NCBI GenBank assembly: GCA_045656985.1
Contig: JAZOSH010000014.1
Coordinates: 6,326 to 70,325 of the forward strand
Source: Eubacteriales bacterium
GTDB lineage: Bacteria > Bacillota > Clostridia > Oscillospirales > CAG-272
Direction of reading: 5' to 3'
DNA: 64,000 bases
In this document: piece by piece, positions 60,893 through 64,000 of the stretch
Position numbering within the stretch: position 1 is the first letter of the stretch
How the letters are laid out: the number at the start of each line of letters is the position of its first letter
Program-made: the position numbers and the translations under genes
The notes under the pieces: generated by a model
Told to the model about the DNA's origin: nothing
Databases searched by the model: none
Seen by the model: only the letters and a program-made list of their open reading frames with translations

Positions 60893-63313
60893 ATGGATAT
60901 AACGCAAAGATACCTGAATACAAAACGCAAGCTTTTTGAGAAGGTCTATTCCTTTCTCAATCCTGAACAGAGAAATGCAGTATTTACGATAGACGGGCCT
61001 CTACTTATCCTTGCAGGCGCGGGAAGCGGCAAGACAACGGTGCTTGTAAACAGAATAGCCTTTATCTTGAAATACGGCAATGCTTATTATGATGAGTATG
61101 TTCCCGCATATGTTGATGAGAGTCATATAAATATGCTTGAGGACGCGATTTCTCTTTCAAGAGAGGAAATAGAGGAGAGGATCCTTCCTCGCTTTATCTG
61201 TGAGCCTTGTCCTCCTTATGCTATGCTTGCCATCACCTTTACGAATAAGGCGGCAAATGAAATAAAGTCAAGGCTTGTCAAGAGTCTCGGTAATGATGAT
61301 GTTGCAAAGGCTGTCTGGGCGGGCACCTTTCACTCGATCTGCGTGCGTATACTGCGTATGTATGGGGACAGAATAGGCTATAACACATCAAGCTTTACGA
61401 TATACGATACAGACGACACAAAGCGTGCAATGCTTGCCGCGATGAAGGCGCTCAAGATAGATGAGAAGAGCATGCCTATAAAGAGTGTTATGAGTCTTAT
61501 TAGCAGAGCAAAGGACAAGCTCATTACACCCCAGGAATTTCAGTCGGAGCATAGTGAGGATTACAGACTTCGCAAGGTAGGCGAGATCTATGCAGAGTAT
61601 CAGAAGAATCTTGTTGCCTCAAATGCCCTTGACTTTGACGATATCATAATGCAGACAGTCCGTCTTTTGCGTGAGCATGAGGATGTGAGAGCCTATTTCC
61701 AAAAGAAATTCAAGTATGTCTGCGTTGATGAGTTTCAGGATACTAACGAGGCGCAGTTCGTTCTCACCGCACTCCTTTCGGGAAAATACCGCAATTTAAT
61801 GGTAGTCGGCGATGACGACCAGAGTATATATAAGTTCAGAGGCGCAACTATTGAGAATATTCTCTCGTTTGACAGAAAATACAGTGATGCAAGGGTAGTA
61901 AAGCTTGAGCAGAATTATCGCTCAACTCAGAACATTCTTGATGCCGCAAATGCCGTTATCAACTGCAACCGTATGCGTAAGGGAAAGGCGCTCTGGACCT
62001 CGGCAGGCGAGGGTGATAAAATAGAGGTGCATCTTTGCGACGAGCAGAATGCAGAGGCAAGATATATCGTTGATAAAATTGTTGAGACAGTTGCAAGAGG
62101 AGATTTCAGCTATAGGGATTTTGCGGTGCTTTACCGAACCAATGCACAGTCAAACACAATTGAGCGTATCTTCGCGAAAAGTGGAATTCCGTACAGAATG
62201 CTTGGCGGTATGCGCTTTACTGATCGCAAGGAAATACGCGATATCATTGCATATCTTCAGCTTATCAATAATCACGCAGATACAGAAAGGCTTTTGCGTA
62301 TCATAAATGAGCCCAAGCGAAAGATAGGCGACAAAGCGGTTGAAACAGTCCGTGCGATAGCCCAAGAGCAGGGAACAAGCCTTTTTAATATCATAGAAAC
62401 GGCAGACAGATATGCAGCTCTCGGTCGCTATAAGGATATCCTTCTTGATTTTGCGGGGCTTATCAACCGACTCACACATATACTTGAGGACGGCTGTTCT
62501 CTCGACTCATTTGTAAAGCAGGTGCTTGATCTTTCAGGCTACAGGCAGATGCTTGTTGATGCGGGCGAGGAGGAAAAGGAGCGCCTTGAAAACCTTGACG
62601 AATTTATTTCGGGCGTTATTGAATATCAGGAGTCAACCGAAGAGCCTACGCTCCGCGGATTCCTTGAGGAGACAATGCTTATTGCTGATGTTGACAAATA
62701 CGATGAAAATGCCGATGCCGCTGTAATGATGACGATACACTCGGCAAAGGGACTTGAATTTCCCGTTGTTTTCCTTCCCGGAATGGAGGAGGGAATCTTC
62801 CCCGGTCAGCAGACGATTACCTCCGGTGAGGCTGATATGGAGGAGGAGCGCAGACTTGCTTATGTTGCGATAACAAGAGCAAAGAAAAAGCTTTACATAC
62901 TGCATACGCGCAATAGAATGCTTTATGGCAGAACTTCATACAATCCTATCTCACGCTTTGTTGGAGAGATACCTGAAAAGCTTCTTAAAAAGGATCTTCC
63001 TCCCAAGCGTGACGGTTACGGAGGCTCATATTCATCGGGCTTTGGCTCACAGAGCACACCAAAGACATACATTTCCTCATCAAAAAGCGGTGTTGGTGAT
63101 GATGTAACTATAGGCAAAACACTCTTTAAGCAGCAGAACTCGTCAAGCATGACAAGGTTCTGCGAGGGTGACAGAGTTTCGCATATGACCTTCGGTGAGG
63201 GAGAGGTTATTTCTGTGAAGCCGATGGGTGCTGACATTCTCTATGAGATAATGTTTGACAAGGTTGGCACAAAGAAGCTTATGGCAACCTACGCAAGACT
63301 GAAGAAAATATAA
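60893..63313 (+). CDS. pcrA: ATP-dependent DNA helicase PcrA/UvrD (SF1)
   Basis: Motif I AGAGSGKT, motif II VDEFQDTN, motif VI VAITRAKK. Confidence 0.95.
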   Translation: MDITQRYLNTKRKLFEKVYSFLNPEQRNAVFTIDGPLLILAGAGSGKTTVLVNRIAFILKYGNAYYDEYVPAYVDESHINMLEDAISLSREEIEERILPRFICEPCPPYAMLAITFTNKAANEIKSRLVKSLGNDDVAKAVWAGTFHSICVRILRMYGDRIGYNTSSFTIYDTDDTKRAMLAAMKALKIDEKSMPIKSVMSLISRAKDKLITPQEFQSEHSEDYRLRKVGEIYAEYQKNLVASNALDFDDIIMQTVRLLREHEDVRAYFQKKFKYVCVDEFQDTNEAQFVLTALLSGKYRNLMVVGDDDQSIYKFRGATIENILSFDRKYSDARVVKLEQNYRSTQNILDAANAVINCNRMRKGKALWTSAGEGDKIEVHLCDEQNAEARYIVDKIVETVARGDFSYRDFAVLYRTNAQSNTIERIFAKSGIPYRMLGGMRFTDRKEIRDIIAYLQLINNHADTERLLRIINEPKRKIGDKAVETVRAIAQEQGTSLFNIIETADRYAALGRYKDILLDFAGLINRLTHILEDGCSLDSFVKQVLDLSGYRQMLVDAGEEEKERLENLDEFISGVIEYQESTEEPTLRGFLEETMLIADVDKYDENADAAVMMTIHSAKGLEFPVVFLPGMEEGIFPGQQTITSGEADMEEERRLAYVAITRAKKKLYILHTRNRMLYGRTSYNPISRFVGEIPEKLLKKDLPPKRDGYGGSYSSGFGSQSTPKTYISSSKSGVGDDVTIGKTLFKQQNSSSMTRFCEGDRVSHMTFGEGEVISVKPMGADILYEIMFDKVGTKKLMATYARLKKI

Positions 63314-63315
63314 AT

Positions 63316-63348
63316 CAAAAATCCACCCGAATATACGGGTGGATTTTT
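63316..63348. terminator. bidirectional intrinsic terminator
   Basis: Stem ATCCACCCG / CGGGTGGAT flanked by an A-run and a T-run. Confidence 0.8.
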
Positions 63349-63353
63349 CTATG

Positions 63354-64000
63354 CTATTCTATGCCCTCATTTTCCGTGAGCTCTGCTATCTTCATCATAG
63401 AGAATGCGACATGTATCTGGCAGTTGATCCAATAATTGCGTTTGCCCTCGGAGCAATCTTCTCCTATCCAGAATGTAGGGGACTGACCTGTCTTTATATC
63501 TATTCTTCTCGTTACAGTGTCGGCAAGAGTCAGTGCCTTTTCAAGATAGAGGCGATCTTTTGTCAGGCGGTACATATTTGTAAAGCCCGTCATTATAGTC
63601 ACGGTGCTCGAATCGATAGGTCCATAGCAGAAATACTGCTCAAGTCCTGCGGGCGTGTGGTGGGGAACGAATTTTGCATTGGGATTCCAGCGTGGGAACT
63701 CTCCCCAAAGAACGAACTGATCCTCGATGAAGCGCATAAGATCAATAGCCTCGGCAAGCATTTTTTTGTCATCAGAAAGATTGTCTGCGATATAACCTAT
63801 CATATTGTTTGCAGCAAAATGCGTCAGATTTTTGTAATTGCCCGAAACCTTAACATCCTCAAACTGACCTTCCCATTTATATGTTTTGAGGCATGCCTCT
63901 TTTATGTAATTAAAATGCGCTATCTCAAGCTCGTGCCAGCATTCATCATTCGTCATTTTATAGAGTCTTGCAAAAAAATTAACGAATCTGAACTCTATGC
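63354..64000 (-). CDS. uncharacterised protein, C-terminal part only (gene continues past the window edge)
   Basis: The reading frame stays open upstream of the track's Met at 63956 all the way to position 64000. I can name no family with confidence. Confidence 0.6.
   Translation of the reverse strand, partial: IEFRFVNFFARLYKMTNDECWHELEIAHFNYIKEACLKTYKWEGQFEDVKVSGNYKNLTHFAANNMIGYIADNLSDDKKMLAEAIDLMRFIEDQFVLWGEFPRWNPNAKFVPHHTPAGLEQYFCYGPIDSSTVTIMTGFTNMYRLTKDRLYLEKALTLADTVTRRIDIKTGQSPTFWIGEDCSEGKRNYWINCQIHVAFSMMKIAELTENEGIE

Overview
This is a core-genome stretch of an anaerobic Firmicute. Gene content and order point to class Clostridia, possibly Oscillospiraceae/Ruminococcaceae; that placement is inference only. 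I found no rRNA, tRNA, CRISPR array, transposase, integrase or phage genes. Almost the whole window is coding, organised in recognisable operons.

**Operons, in order:**
- Glycogen catabolism: glgP, a GH13 enzyme and two unknown genes.
- An orphan secreted protein on its own promoter and terminator.
- A pyrimidine operon on the minus strand: pyrC-pyrK-pyrD-pyrF-pyrE-pyrB-pyrI.
- hpf, followed by a ComEC-type MBL protein.
- A complete F1Fo ATP synthase operon, atpIBEFHAGDC.
- A YerC/TrpR-like regulator followed by a complete histidine operon, hisZGDCBHAF-IE-K.
- A five-gene sensory module (DRTGG, Ser-kinase-type ATPase, sensory-type [FeFe] hydrogenase, DRTGG, PHP) directly upstream of an electron-bifurcating HydABC-type [FeFe] hydrogenase operon.
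- A small envelope cluster of lipoproteins and an esterase.
- nusB, a tsaD-like gene, xseAB, ispA, a DUF212 gene, tlyA, nadK, argR and recN.
- argS, yebC, a MOP flippase and rplS.
- mnmA and trmL on the minus strand.
- secA, followed by two paralogous unknown membrane proteins.
- An Asn/Gln-repeat micro-ORF, pcrA, and a truncated convergent gene at the window edge.

**Most interesting observations:**
- The hydrogenase-linked signalling module encodes no DNA-binding output.
- The c subunit of the ATP synthase has a two-carboxylate Na+-type ion-binding signature, and the epsilon subunit lacks its C-terminal domain.
- The hyd structural genes show extreme codon bias: about 1300 consecutive sense codons with no TTA, CTA or TCA. 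This produces a spurious 1334-aa antisense ORF.
- The catalytic HydA carries an atypical H-cluster L1 motif, TSCSPGW.
- Three copies of an unknown membrane module sit downstream of secA.
- A 54-aa (NNQ)11 micro-ORF is built on a 9-bp tandem repeat.

**Method.** All functional calls rest on motifs I can read in the supplied translations plus gene order. No database search was run. Several ORF-track starts were moved to downstream ATG codons (one to a downstream TTG) that have a proper RBS.
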